From positions 20,001 to 268,000 of the forward strand of contig NW_008806285.1 in NCBI RefSeq assembly GCF_000400465.1: a stretch of 248,000 nt of DNA. The letters are read 5' to 3'. The notes beneath the pieces are model-generated. The model was not told where the DNA came from. It searched no databases and saw only the letters and a program-made list of their open reading frames with translations. The stretch's first letter is position 1; the number at the start of each line of letters is the position of its first letter. This DNA comes from Wallemia ichthyophaga EXF-994 (lineage: Eukaryota; Fungi; Basidiomycota). A program made the translations under genes and the position numbers. Below are positions 109,960 to 123,912 of the stretch, one piece after another.

Positions 109960-111933
109960 ATTTGCATTACATTATAAAACTTCTAGCAGCTATTTTTATA
110001 TTAATTTCTTTCTCATTCATATTATGTACATCTTACAACAACTGGACTGTTTTGATCATGGGCTCAGGGTAATACAAACTGCTCGATAATGATGCGAATG
110101 GTTTTGACAAGCAAAGAGGTACGTTTCAATCCTTCTCGACTTTTTCGGCGGGGGCGATCTTCCACATTGTCCCTCATTTCAGTCTGTCTCTTTGATTGAC
110201 GCTTAATTATAATGGCTTATGGCTTGTTTGCCACTGTAGGAGCTACGCTGGCCTTTTTTTTCTTCTGGCGACTTTTCAGCAAGTTCCGCCGGCTCGCTGA
110301 GAAATGACAATACAGTTTCTTGAGAAGGTACAGCAGGCAGACTCGTGGCTCCTTTGACATATACAGTACCTATATCAGCAAAGTCGCTTTCGAATAGATC
110401 GTCTCAGATGAAAGGCCTCTATATTGATTCAGGTAGCTCCTTTTGGTTGAGATTCTCGAGTTTGAGCAACTTCCTCATGCTGTGGAGTTTGCTTGACTCG
110501 AAATAGCTGTTTCGATATGCGGATGTTGGATTCCATGGCGGAGACTGTCGCATTTGAGAATTCTCTCTTGCTTAAATTGGCTCCTATTTTGCAGTGTCTA
110601 TGTCGATATATGAACAGTTAAGTCATCCATACTAGAAGCCAATGGCACAGCACTTCTATTCATCAATGAGGGTGATAGTTTGCTGTAGTATTCTTCGCAT
110701 TGCTAAATGAAGACCGTCTTTCACTGACCTCGCTAGATTTATCTCGACATAAGGAGACTGTCTCAGTTTTATTTATACCATTCCTTTGTAGCAATGAACC
110801 TGTATGTTCATTTTGCCTATGCGTCGCTGCTGTTGATACGATAAGATCCCAGAAAACGTAACAACTTTACTACTAGAGTGATCATCTGGCCCAACAGGAG
110901 TGGATTGGTTCATAAATTCACTGATAGATGCGAAAGTTCGATTGACATTTGGTGGAGTAGAGGGCAATCCACTTTCTTATTACCTATCAGAAAACCTTCT
111001 TGAGGCACGTTTCACGGTTGTTGGTGCTTCATCGCTTTTAGAATTGCTGGCTTGGCTTGTCTCAGGTCTCTTTGATGGTGGCGAATATTTAGTTTTCGTG
111101 TATCAAAGTGAGTCGGCAGGATATTTTGCGTTTTATAAATTGCTCATGTCGCTTTTGTCGGCTATCTACGTTAGTGATCTAGTATGTCTTGAAGGCGATC
111201 GTTCAGCTCCTTTCTTTTTACGAGTCAATTGAATTCCTACAATTTTCGGTCAACTTTATTTCTTCTCTAGGTATCGATGTTTCAGCTTCGTTGTTATTAG
111301 AGTTGACTGATTTATTTTGGATTGCGCGATGGGCCGATGGTCCTATTTCGATGTTTGAGATGTTGCTATTTCTTACACAGCTCGACGGTGGAGTTATTTA
111401 GCCCCTGCGCTGTGGTGTATCATTTCTGTTCTTCGACGATGAACATTCGTCGTTCCTTGTCAATGATGTGTCGCATTTTCGTCAGTCGTTGAGAGGCTAT
111501 ACCGAAATGTAAACTCGTTTGTATTGATAGCTATATTCTGGATAGACGAAATCACGCCACTGACATCCGAAAAAGCGACATCTTGCTCGTCCTTGTCAAG
111601 CGTAAGATTTTCGACCTTAATTGTCTGTGGTTGAAACATGATTTTCGTCCTCGACGGGTGAGTGATTATTAATTTTGTTCTGGGCGCTATCAACATTGAG
111701 ATTGATCAGCTAAATGCACTATCAGGCGCCCTTTCATCTTTCCCAGGACTAGCCTAGCGTTTTAATTCCGTGGAGAAAGCGAGCAATCCTTGATAAAAAG
111801 TACAATGTGAATCTCACGGGAATAATTACAAGATAGAGTTTGTTTAGCTTATTATTTGATTTAATGCTTGCCTTGTTTGTGTTTTCACCTTTTTTTGTTT
111901 CATTTCTAATTGAAGAGGTGACACGACAAGCCT

Positions 111934-112897
111934 TATGGCTTGCGGTAATCAAGAAGTGTAGCATAGATATTGTTGAATGCTGTGTAGATCTCTTCACGAA
112001 CCTTCATGACTTATTAGTATGAGAGCGATGCAAAGATTAGTACACTCACTTTTGCACCTGTTAGGACAATCTTTCCTGAAACGAAAATCAAGAGGACTAC
112101 TTTTGGTTTGACCATTCTGTAGATTAGACCAGGGAACAATTCAGGCTCGTATGAACTGAAATGACCGTGTGTATATGCAAGTCCTTCCAAACGAATTGGG
112201 AACTTGACATCACAAGAACCGACTATGTTCTTTAATTCATTTAGTATAATACTTCCAAATGACCCAATAAACTCACCTGAATCTTAAACTCAGAAAACTT
112301 TGCATCAAATCCGAGCTTCTGGATGATACGAGCGTACTTTCTTGACGCAAGCTTGGAATCGTCTTCGGACTTTGCACCGGTAACTACCATTTTACCAGAT
112401 GCGAAAATCAGCGCTGTTGTCTTTGGATCTCTTATTCTCATTATGACAGCAGCGAAACGCTACACAAAGTGTCAATTATTGTGTCAATGGTAACGTAATC
112501 ACCATCAACGGACCTTTGGATTGTACTCTGCGTTACGAGCATGCAGAGCGATAGTCTTCAAATCGAGCCTACAATCCAAGTTGACGGTTGCAACAATGTT
112601 CCTACCAAGTGTTAACTTTGATACAGTAAAAAGTAAACCGCACTCACTGAAGCGTAGGGACAATGTTCTGAGCGTGTGCTGCGAGGAGCGTTAAACAGTG
112701 GCCGCTGTGCACTAAGCAGCCGACGCACTCATACCAGTGTCAGCATGGCTAGGTGTTTGTACTGCTTGTGGTGTTGGTGGAACACCGTATGCTTGAGGAG
112801 TTATCGCTGGCTGTGGACGTTGAACTGGAGCTGATGGTGGCGGCATCGAGTCAGAGGCCTTTGAGGCTTGGTCTGGCAATTTCAATGTAGTGTTCAT
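111934..112897 (-). CDS. SPT15: TATA-binding protein
   Basis: [39 protein letters not shown]. Confidence 0.97.
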
Positions 112898-113540
112898 ATT
112901 GTAATTCGAAATTAGCTTTGAGTTCCTTTATACCAACAGCAGCAGCGTCCTCTAACACTTGCTCACCAGATGGACGTAAGGAATCAAAAAGCTGTGCCAG
113001 CACATTGCTTATATACCAAATTTGAAAATCTCCATAAGAGGCCCGGAGTACTAATCAATTAGGCCTGCATATTTCTAGGCACTGTTCGTAGCTCACATAT
113101 GGACTTTCAGAGCTCTAGCTTTCTTATCCGGCGTGCTGGAGGTGGTGTGCTGATGGTTGAAGAGAGCCATACAGTCGAAGAATGAGCAAACCAGTCCAAT
113201 AAGATGCGGTGAGCCTTATACAAGGTCACTGGTAATCCTGTGGCAAATTCATCACTATTCGGACGAGTCATCAACGTTGCTTGACCAGGTTGGAGCGGGA
113301 GGATTCTGAAATTGCTTTAGGTCTATTGCATCCTATTATTATCTCTTGCTGTGCTCACTTCCACAACTCTCTTCAATTGGCATACTCGCCATTACAGATG
113401 CTTCAACCCACTCTCTTTTAGAAGATATCGCTTTTAAAGGGCACTATATCTTTAAACAAACCAAGAAGCTAATATTACATCTGAAATGGTTATACAAAAT
113501 GTTGTGTCAATGCAAGGTTATGTTGCGAAATCGCATGCGT

Positions 113541-115101
113541 CTAGCGTATAAGTTTGGTGAGGTTGAAAGCTGAGTCCCGTTTGAGTTTCTTGCTCCTGTC
113601 AGCCTGCTGTTCTGGGAACAGCTTCCATATCCTTATAGTCTCGTCAGCACTGCCAGTGGCGACAGTAGTCCTATCAGCCGAAACACCCATGTGGATAGGC
113701 CGGCAGATATGTCCGCCAATAGCAGTCACTTGAGACATGGACGGGTATTTCCATATGCATAGCTGATTCATTGGTGCAATCGAGCTGTATCCAGACGTCG
113801 ACAAGAGTTCTTGGGTGTTCTGCGAAAACCATAGGTTGCAGACTTGGCTGCCGGTATCCCAGTCTCCCACTGGTTTCCTATCGCTTTTTAAGATATCCCT
113901 AAACACGATTCGGCGGTCGTTTGTACCTCCTCCTGAAGCCAGAATGCCGCGGTGGTGGGGATTGAATGCTAGCGCGGTGACTGCAGCTTCGTGGTCATAG
114001 TAGCGATTCAAAAACCTGTCCTGGCTCCGCGTATCCCACAAGTACAGCTTGTTGTCGTTCCCACCACTAGCGAGCATATTGGTAGCAGGGTCGTATGTCA
114101 AGCTCGTTATTTCTCCATTGTGTCGCTTGATGCAGGATTGGGTGGGTGTGCGCAGATCTCTGACCAACATTGATCGATCGCGCGAGCCAGATGCAAGAGT
114201 CATATGTGAAGCCCATGCCAGAGTTCCCACCCGCATGTCGTGGCCTCGTAACGTGCGCACCAGCCTGGTTGTCGTTGATGCATCCCATATCTGTACAAGG
114301 CCATCGTAACGCCCTACAGCGAGCAGTGTACCGCCCTCGATCCATTGAAGACTCGTGACAACTACATCATGGGTGTAGCTTGATGGGTCGCTCAAAGTGA
114401 AAACCTGGCTGCTGTGTGCAATCCATATAAATACGCGCGCTCCTAGTGCCACAGCGAGCATATTATGTGAGGACCAGCTCAGCAGATTCGTGTATTGGTC
114501 ATCGACCATGCCTGGGGCGTCGAGTACTTTCCAAGGCACTTTAGGAATTCTACGAGAGAGGCTTCTGTTGCGCTTCAAAATCCTTTCTGTGTTGCCTTTG
114601 ATGGGTAGTTGATTGTAGCAGTCGTGAGCCACGCTGTCGAGGGTAACTATGTTTGAAGGTCTACTGGAGTTCAACGCAGCTACAGCGGACGAGCTGGATG
114701 GCATAAACTGGAGCACTTTTGACCGTGGAGTCATTAATATAGGGGAATCATGAGAACCTGTCAGGGAGGATCTCCTTGTGGATGGTATCGTGTTTTCGTC
114801 ATTGAGCAGCTCGTTGCTAAGTAGGCTGGAAAAGCTTTTGTCGGCCTCCACCTTTGCGGCATCGATGTCGCCACCAGCAAATCCAATCAATTTAGGCTGC
114901 GGAGACGGATATTGCAGCAGAGAAGACGAAAAGGGTTTGAGCAAGGAATTGTAAGATGATTTTGAGTTGCTGTCATCAAGGTTATATGACATCTTACTCA
115001 GTGGGGACCTCGAGGGTATGAATCTAGTGGAAATTAGCGTGGTGATGGCTGTAATAGCGAAGCTCACCGATCTGATTTCCTAGATCTTTTAGGCGTCGTC
115101 A
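113541..115101 (-). CDS. Fizzy/Cdc20/Cdh1-family APC/C activator
   Basis: C-box DRFIP split by an intron; KVLDAPG..DD; WD40s (ASGGNDN, ASGGGTNDR); C-terminal IR tail. Confidence 0.88.
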
Positions 115102-115532
115102 TTGGGTGTTGTAATGTCTTGATGCTGAGGTACGGATCGAAGGAATGGAGCGAATGATCCACAGCAGGTTATTCGCGGAAAGTGGGGAATGAAGGGCATT
115201 CTTAGTGAGCGGCATTTATAAATCATGTGCTTATAAGAAACCTTTTCCGGATCACACAAAGTTGTTCCACGGAGCGGATGTAATCATAAACATTGTATGT
115301 CTGTCCCTGTTACACGAGCGGGAAAGAAGACCCTATTGCACAAATTGTGCTATAAAGTCAATATAAAATCAATTTTGTAAGTTTTTTAAGCTCCAAATTA
115401 CGTTCAGATCTGGAAATCTATCGCTCGTCGTCGAAGGTATTGCATCATAGTGGTTTTGGAGTACCCAGAGAAGGTTTTTTTAAGACGAGGAACGACACCC
115501 TCCTTCTTTACAAACTACCAAGACTAAACAAT

Positions 115533-115915
115533 ATGACTGGAGGTATGAGCAAAGTAAGCATGAGCATCACCAGCTTTGTTCGTCGCCTAACATATTCGTT
115601 TAGGTAGACCAACAATGGGGCAAGACCGACAACCAATTGCCAGACCACTCCCACAGACAACCAGGTGCTCCATACGAGACCGGTCAAACCCACTCCCACA
115701 AGACTGGTGACTCCCACGACCAACAATCTATTGCCAACAAGCTCGCCGGTACTTCCCACTTAGAGAAGGAAGAGCGCAAGGCTGAGAAGGAGGGCGGTAA
115801 GCCACCAACCGCTCCAGCCGTTTGGCACGGCAACGAGCCATCAAAGGGTGCTAAGGTCGACGAGGACCTCGGCAAGGAAGACGAGAAGGTCTTGCACAAG
115901 AAGGGTCTTGCCTAA
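115533..115915 (+). CDS. Small hydrophilic stress-type protein
   Basis: ATG plus intron; PSKGAKVDEDLGKEDEKVLHKK. Confidence 0.55.
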
Positions 115916-116274
115916 ACGACTTCACGATGTTAATGTTTGCATGTATACGATAATTTGCTAAATTTGATTGCATAGTTGATTTAATCTGGAGTTCTGTGTA
116001 CTGAGTGAGCGCTATGATTGCACTATGGATAAATCGTTTGGACAGATTATAGAATTCTCCTGATTTTCATAAACTCGTAAAGGTCTACCACCTCAAGACC
116101 AGGGACGTAGGTCACAACACTGTGATGAGGTCAAACTTGAGCGATGGTGATATTTCTGTAAAGCAACTGGTTTACGAAAAAGTCTTTGGTTTGTTTGCAA
116201 TTATCAGTCTTTAGTTGCGCTGTACAGTTGTTCAACTTGATTTGATATGTTGCAAGGGGAGCAATTTAGCGTCT

Positions 116275-116930
116275 TGAAAATCGAAGTTTTTACCGTACTT
116301 CCTTCTAAGATTCCAACGCCGCCTCAAACGCTTTCACATCCTCATTATTTGAAATCTCGAAATCCACTGACCGGAAGCCAACCCCGCGATTTGTGTTTTA
116401 ACGCCCTCCGCTTTTCTATACCTAAATCTCTTCCTCCGATTGTAAAGTGAGGCGGAACGGCAATAATGTTCCCCTGGAGCCAGGTTTGACAGCTGTAAAC
116501 GCCATGAGACGTAAAATGTTTTCTGCGATTATAGAGCTGAATAATGAAGATTTTTGGTGCTTGTCGTTTCTAGAAGACAAAATAAAATGTTTTTGTCCAC
116601 GAAGAGCGCGAAATTATCCGTATCTAACCTGTAGCGTGCTCCAGAGCGATTTTAGACCATTGCTTCCGATCAGCGTGCAAGGCGCTTTTTGGAGCGCCAG
116701 GATAACTATAGCAAAATCATGTTCTTTCTAGTCAAAGACTAATCAAACTATTTTATTTAGAGATCATCAAAAGTCGTAAATCACCATCTGAGACGAGATA
116801 GGTGATGATCGAGAAATCCAACTCGGTGGGTATTGAGCGTGGGGTTGATATGGGGATGTATTTGGAATGCTGCAAATGGTATGGAACTGATGTATTTGGC
116901 AAATGGTTCAAAAGCACAGAATATCTTATC
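116275..116930 (+). repeat. Degenerate dispersed repeat, copy A
   Basis: Shares CATTATTTGAAATCTCGAAAT, GATCATCAAAAGTCGTAAATCACCATCTGAGACGAGATAGGTG and GGGGATGTATTTGGAATGCTG with copies B and C in opposite orientation. Confidence 0.75.
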
Positions 116931-117574
116931 TCTGCATTCGACTTCTCACTTTCTAGGTCATTTGCAGGGTAGCTTGAGCATATTCAATTCAATAAACTGA
117001 ATTCTACTATTTTAAGCATATGAAAGTACTAAAGGAACTATTCAAAGCGCCCTGTGATTCCACAAACACAACTGGAAGTTATCTGATATAAATCCGAGTC
117101 ACTGTATTCATCTAATGTGCAAAAGAATATCGAATTGGGTGATTTCGGGATTCAGCGAGGATTACATGTGTATCAAATCTACATGCTGACCACCTTTGTT
117201 TATCATGCGCGGCTGAGCGGAAGAGAGAAGACTAGTGCTTAAAAGACACCGGTGTATCTGGCAACTTGCAGTACGAAACCAAAGTAATTTCCATGGTTTC
117301 GGCTGAGATTCTCGTGGTATTGATGTCTTTGAGGCTGCAATGTGCGCTAGTTTTAGTGATAGTATCTACGCTCGGGAGTATTGACGATATCGGGGTAGAG
117401 ATGATAACAGGACAGGGTCAAGAGCTCAATTACCCATAAGCATTTTAAATTCATGTTAAATCACAACTCGAATACTTTGAAAAACTGTTATCGCTTCGTA
117501 GATCAAAACATCCATCTCCATATACCAAGTAGGTCTGAGAAGACCAGCAGAAACAACCTTTAACGTATATTAGT

Positions 117575-119923
117575 GGATGACGGATTACTCCTCAACTTTA
117601 CCAGCGGCGGTTCTCGTCAAGATCGTAGCAAAAAAGGTGGTAGATGGACAGATAGGTGAGCCTCATCTGCAATGCTTGGACACAGGCGCTTAACTTAAAC
117701 CGCAGAGCATCGGCTAAGCAGACAATGAAGCGCAATCAGCGCTACAGTGCAAAGCAGCAGAAAGCTAGCCAGCCAACCCAACCACAGCAACAGCTAGAAC
117801 CACAGGCAGCCCAGTCTGATCCACCGGCTAAAAAGCAGAAAGGCATTAACAATGATGCCCACGGTGAACAATCCAATCAACCAAGCCAAAACAACCAAAA
117901 GAAGCACGTTGTTTCATCTCTTTTCACTTTCAATCCAAAGGTAGAGGAAGAGCAGCAACAAATAAACTCAAAATCACTTGAACACCCCCAGCAGCAGCCT
118001 TCCAATGCGCCACTTGCATCGACGAGTACTTTTGAAGGTGCCAAACTGCACCCGCTTCTCATTCAACATCTTCGCGATAAACTCGAGATCAAAGCACCCA
118101 CTCCAATACAGAAACTGGCATTGCCGACACTTCTGCAACCTTCTGTTGATGAGAACAATGTACTGGCATCCAGAGATGTCTTTATACAATCTCAAACTGG
118201 ATCTGGTAAAACGCTCGCTTATCTGTTACCAATCATACAAGATTTGCTGCCAATGGGTGAGCTATCATTCATTGATAGAAGCATCGGTACACTGGCTATC
118301 ATATTGGCACCTACTCGTGAACTGGCTAGACAAATCTTCGATGTTCTTGAAAATCTCCTTCAATTGAGTTTGACATTAAGAGGTGTCCCAGAAGAAGAGC
118401 AGCAGAGATTGACTAGGTGGCTTGTAGGTGGTCTGCTGACTGGTGGTTCTACTCGTACGCACGAAAAAGCTAGACTGAGGAAGGGATGCCCTATTATTGT
118501 CTCTACGCCGGGTAGGCTTCTCGACCACTTGCAGAACACAACCTCATTCAACGCATCCAAATGTCGTTGGTTGGTTCTTGATGAAGCTGATAGATTGATG
118601 GATCTGGGCTTCGAGGAAACCATTACTGGTATTATTAAGGGACTCGAGGGTCGTCGCAAGCTTACAAAGAAAGCCGTCGAGGAAGGCAATCTCTCTGAGG
118701 TTGGTGGTTGGAATTTTGATTACAGACGGCGAAACATACTCTGTTCAGCGACGATCAGAGAGGATATACAATCATTTGCTAGTCAACAGCTGCTCAATCC
118801 AGTAGTGCTTAAGGAGAGCGACATCAAGAAGGAAGCTGACGGTGAAACAGCCACGACGAATGATGAGGCAACCAAGTTCACTCCACCAGCGCAATTAACT
118901 CAAAAGTACGTGCAAGTACCACTCAAACTCCGTTTAGTTGCTTTGCTGGCGTTGTTGCGATCACTTCTTACGTCGAAAGACAACGAGCAAGGTAACAGGA
119001 TCATAACGTTCTTCAGTTGTACAGACTCAGTCGACCTCCACTTCCAGTTGTTCGGTGGGGTATCTATGGACGATGCGGGTAGGAGAAATGTAGATGATAG
119101 ATTGAGCGTGACGTGTCCAATCCTGCCAAACACAAAAATTTACAGACTCCATGGTTCGATGTCATTGCAGAATCGTTTGAACACAGTCAAGGAATTCACC
119201 GACAAGAAATCCCAGCAACCAGCTATCATGTTCTGTACATCGGTCGCATCTAGAGGTTTGGATATGCCCTTAGTCCGAGCAGTTGTGCAGGTAGATCTTC
119301 CAACGGAGGGCGGAGCAAACGAGTACGTCCACAGAGTCGGTAGAACAGCCAGAGCAGGTAAAGGTGGTGAGGCGTGGTCATTTGTAGCTCCATCGGAGAT
119401 AGGTTGGGTAGAGTGGTTGACAAACCAATTGGACCCTGACCACAAGTCCATCAAACTGAACAGCGTATCTGTTGATAATGTACTCAAGCGTGGTTACGGT
119501 GGACAAGGAAATGAGTTTGAAAGTAGAGCTACAGATGTACAGACGTCTCTTGAAAGATGGGTGATTGCGTCACCAGAGAACTCTCAACTGGCTAGAAAAG
119601 CTTATCTGTCACATATAAGAGCATATGCTACACATCCACTCGATGAGCGCAAGTTCTTCCATGTCAAGCTTCTTCATCTTGGTCACTTAGCTAAGGCTTT
119701 CGCTTTGCGTGAAACACCAACGACTGCGAGCACAACTAAAGGTGATGTGGCTCAGACCAAGGACAACCAGAAACAACAGACCATCGAACAGAGAATGCAA
119801 GATTCTGTTAGGAGGATTGGTAAAAACACAAAGCGAGATGGCGAATTCGCAAACAATGACACGAGTGAATTCCAAACTTCGATATCAGGATATGACATGA
119901 AGCCAAGCAAAAGGAAGCGTTAA
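117575..119923 (+). CDS. DBP7: DEAD-box RNA helicase Dbp7
   Basis: SQTGSGKT, PTRELA, DEAD, CSAT, YVHRVGRTAR, HLGHLAKAFALRE. Confidence 0.93.
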
Positions 119924-120096
119924 TTGTAATTGATTAATTTATTATTCATATAGAAATACTCATCTAAAAAAAAAAAGAAAGTAAATGTTGAATTACAATG
120001 CTGCGAAATGATATATTTATTATGCAATGCTAAGTTGGTGCTGAATATTTGGAGTGATGTTTTCGGCTTTTGTAGCGTTTACGTGGTGTACATGGT

Positions 120097-122902
120097 TTAC
120101 ATCTTGAAGAGGAAGCCCATATCTTCCGGTGACAATCTACCCATCGCAGCATCGTCACGACCGATAGCAGCATCAACCATGGCAGATTTCTTTTCTTGTA
120201 GTTGAACAATACGGCTTTCGATGGAGTCTTCAATAACGAGCTTGATGCATTGGACGGGTCTCCGCGCACCTAGTCTGTGTACTCTGTCCATGGCTTGGTA
120301 CTCGACAGCTGGGTTCCACCACGAGTCCATCATGTACACTCTCGAGGCTTCAGTCAAGTTAAGTGCAACACCACCTGCTTTGAGCGATACTAGGAAGACG
120401 GTGCAGTGTACATTCTTCATAAAATGCTGTACAACTGCGTTCCTAGTCTGCGGTGTCATGTTGCCTTCAAGTCTACAGATCTGAGTGTGAATTAGCAATG
120501 AGTGGGGTATTGTACCTCAGGCATCACCCACATTAAATCCAGCCCTCTTGAGTCTCCATGCAACCAGATCAAGGAAGTTGACAAACTGGCTGAAGACAAG
120601 CGACTTGATAGTACAGTCCTCTCTTTGCAACTCAGTCAGCTCCTCAACCAGTGCCTCGATTTTTGTCGATGATTTCCAGTGAGCCATGTCGAGTCTGCCC
120701 GTGATGCCATTCGGCTTGCTCGTCTTCAGGCCCTCATCTTCGGCACGCTCTATTGAAGGTTGGTTAATATCGATCGAGATCGGGACGTGGCAAGATGGAC
120801 ATTCTGGCTGCTCGACCAGACTGCCAGTCAAATACTCAGTGATGCAAAGACGACAGAAGGCGTGGTGACAGCGTGCGTCAATCGCGTCTTCTGCTATGTC
120901 GTTACAGATCCTGCATACATGCTCATCTGATAAGTCTTTGCCATACTCTGTAGTACGACTCTTGAGAACAAGATCTGGATGACATGCCATCTGGCGCATA
121001 CGCGTAATGAGTGAGAAGATGTTCGAGTAGTTGTTCAAAATGGTACCTTGGTCAATATACGAAGAGAAAGCGCGTCGAACGTCACTGTATAGAGACAAGT
121101 AGATGTCACGCTCTTCTTCGGAGAAGAAGTCTCTGCGGCACTTGACGATACGCGGTGGCAAGCCGAGATCATCAGCTCGCTCGACTTTGGTGCGGCGGAG
121201 CATCATTCTGTCGAGCAGAATTTTGAGCTTCTTAAAAGCGGTCAAACCTTCACCAACCATACCATACCTTTGGATGGGTGTAAGAATCTCGTTGTTCCAA
121301 AAACAGACGTGATTCATTGGTGATTCACCGCAGTAGTCGCAGTGGCGTCTGTCGGAGAAACTCCAATTCAACGACTTACACTTGGACTTTTTACCGTAGT
121401 AATAAGCGAATGGATCAGCGCCAATAAAACGAACGAGCGAGTAGAGTTCTCCAACTCTATTTTGCAGTGGTGTACCAGAAAGGCACCACTTGAAGTTACT
121501 TTTCAATCCAAAGGCTGCTTTGGAAGTGTTGGATGATCTTTCTTTAATGTTATGAGCTTCATCGAGAATAATCCTGTGCCAGTTTATTGCGTGCAACGGA
121601 CTAGGCTCTTTGATTTTCGAGCCTTTCCTCTGTCTGCCATACTGCTGTATACGAAATGCTGACTCCATCACGGAATAGGATGTCATTACGACATCGTATT
121701 TTTTCAAATCTGCTATGTTTTTGGTACGAGAAGCGCCGTGCCACAGCAATACGTTCATTCCGTCAGTGTAAGATTCTATCTCATTTTTCCATTGGACAAC
121801 GGCGATGGTGGGAGCGACAATAAGGTTTGGTTTCTTACGGTCGCTCAGCAACAACGCGATTGTCTGAATAGTCTTACCCATACCCATCTCATCAGCAAGC
121901 ATACCGCCTTTCCATGGACCCTTCTCTTGTTCCTTCATCCAATACAATGACTCTTGCTGGAAGGGGAGCAGCTTGAGCTTGAGACCAGGGGGAGAAGGGA
122001 GCGTCTGGGGCTTCTGTGGTACGATATCTCTTGACAAATCACCCCAAACATCCTTAAGTTCGGGATGCCAACAACCGAGAGCGACTTGGTTCCTGAAAAC
122101 AATGAGCGAAACAAGATATGCCAAGTTGGCACTCACATTTCACCACGCGTAAGCGTTTTGCGACCAAGTTCTTTTTTCAGTTTTGTCCTCTCTTGTATCT
122201 CAAACTTGTCACGCTGTCTTTTCAAGGCTGCGATGCGCTTCCTCTCGTCTGCCATAGCTTGTTTCTCTTCTTGCGTGAGTTCATCGTTATCCTTGAGGAT
122301 CTTTGGCAATGGCTTGATCTCTTGGACATCGTCGTCGGAAATGTCATGGGGATTATCAGCCTCGTTCGAGGCAACAATGGTAACGTCGTTGTCGCTGGCT
122401 TGTTCAAATTGATCGGCATATTTAATGCTTTCATCATCGGAACTAATCTATTACGTGCGTCAGAGCGCGTCTTATCACTTCTTTATAAGCACTTACGTCA
122501 ACCTTATCGTTAAACGTGGGCTTTCCGTTGGCTGTTTCAGTTCTCTTCCTCTTTGGCTTTGCGTCGACTTGAGTGTATAATGCTTCCATGTGCTCATCCT
122601 CATCTACATCCACCTTGTAATCTTCTTCCTCGTCGTCGTCGCCAATGTCATCTTGCTGCTCGTATTTGTCGTCGTATTCCAATTCATCGTCATCGCTGGG
122701 CTCTTGTTCTAACTCCTCCTGAAAGGTAATCTATATCAGCTTCAACTGTCTTCATTCCTCATGGAGCACCCACATTGACGTCGTCCTCAGCTTTGGCAAT
122801 GTTGAGTGATTCCACTGCCATTTTGGTATCTTGATCATCTGATGTATTGGTGCTATTCACAGTACTAGACCGCGTACTGGCTCTAGTGCTACGCCTTGCC
122901 AT
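120097..122902 (-). CDS. RAD16: Rad16 Snf2 ATPase with RING finger
   Basis: LADEMGMGKT, DEAH, SGTPLQNR, RING, WWNPAVEYQAMDR. Confidence 0.93.
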
Positions 122903-122938
122903 TGCGATGGGAGTATTAAACAAAGAAATGAATAAAAA

Positions 122939-123725
122939 TTACAAGTCTATTGAAATCACAGCAGGTCAAAGTCATCAAGCTGTTTCTAGTGTAAGAAATC
123001 CACCAAGACCGCTTAACGCCACTCACCTCATCGTTGTAGTTCATTACAGTTCTCTTGATCTTGGACGTGTCTACCCATGTAACGAAGTCTTCCATATTCC
123101 TGTGCATGTCAGTGTGTTCTATCCCTCCACTCACCCACTCACCTCGTTACCAAGAAGGCTGGATCTGTAATTGTATCTGGACCAACACGCAAATGACCTT
123201 GCTCGATATATTGAGTAGCCTAGACGCTTTAGAGTTATTCCAGCGAGTGTATCCCACCCACAGTCTTCACGCTCTCACAGAGCTTATTCCTCACGCAAAC
123301 AACGGCCAATCTTCTCCTGCAGAAACTAGCCACGCTGATCTTCTCCACGTCGCTAAGCTTCGAACCGATATTGAGCAGTCCCATCTCATAACCCTTGGCC
123401 AATAACTGAGTCTCCATTTGGTGTCGGTATGGGTCTTGCGCTGATAGCAGACTCAATCTGTGTGCCATCTGCCTCATCGATCCGCAAAGTCTGTTGTATT
123501 TGGCATAGTCGTCTCTTCCTTGCAAATGATACCTCCTCATAACCTTTATTTCACGCAGACTTGCATCCTGCTTCCACTGCAAGTTTGTTAGCTAACTTTC
123601 AGTGGTGCAGCATACACTAACATTGACAAAGTCGACCTTCTTAAGAAGTCTGCATGTTTTTAGACGCGTCCTTTTTACTATACACCCCTTACTTACTTCT
123701 GCTCGTGGTGTTTGAGATTACGCAT
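122939..123725 (-). CDS. IMP3: U3 snoRNP protein Imp3
   Basis: MRNLKHHEQKLLKKVDF; YAKYNRLCG; SFCRRRL; TWVDTSKIKR. Confidence 0.95.
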
Positions 123726-123912
123726 ATGATCACAGCTAAGAAAGAAGGTAGAATATATTATGACATTTTCAATTACAAGGGACAAACGCATTACTTTATA
123801 TGTGGAATCACTATAATAAATCATTGATTGTTGGAGCGTGTTTTCAGGCCTCCAAATTTTACTTTTTTGACTTCTTGCCAGATTCCTAAAGTTGAATTAG
123901 TCGTTGTTCCTT

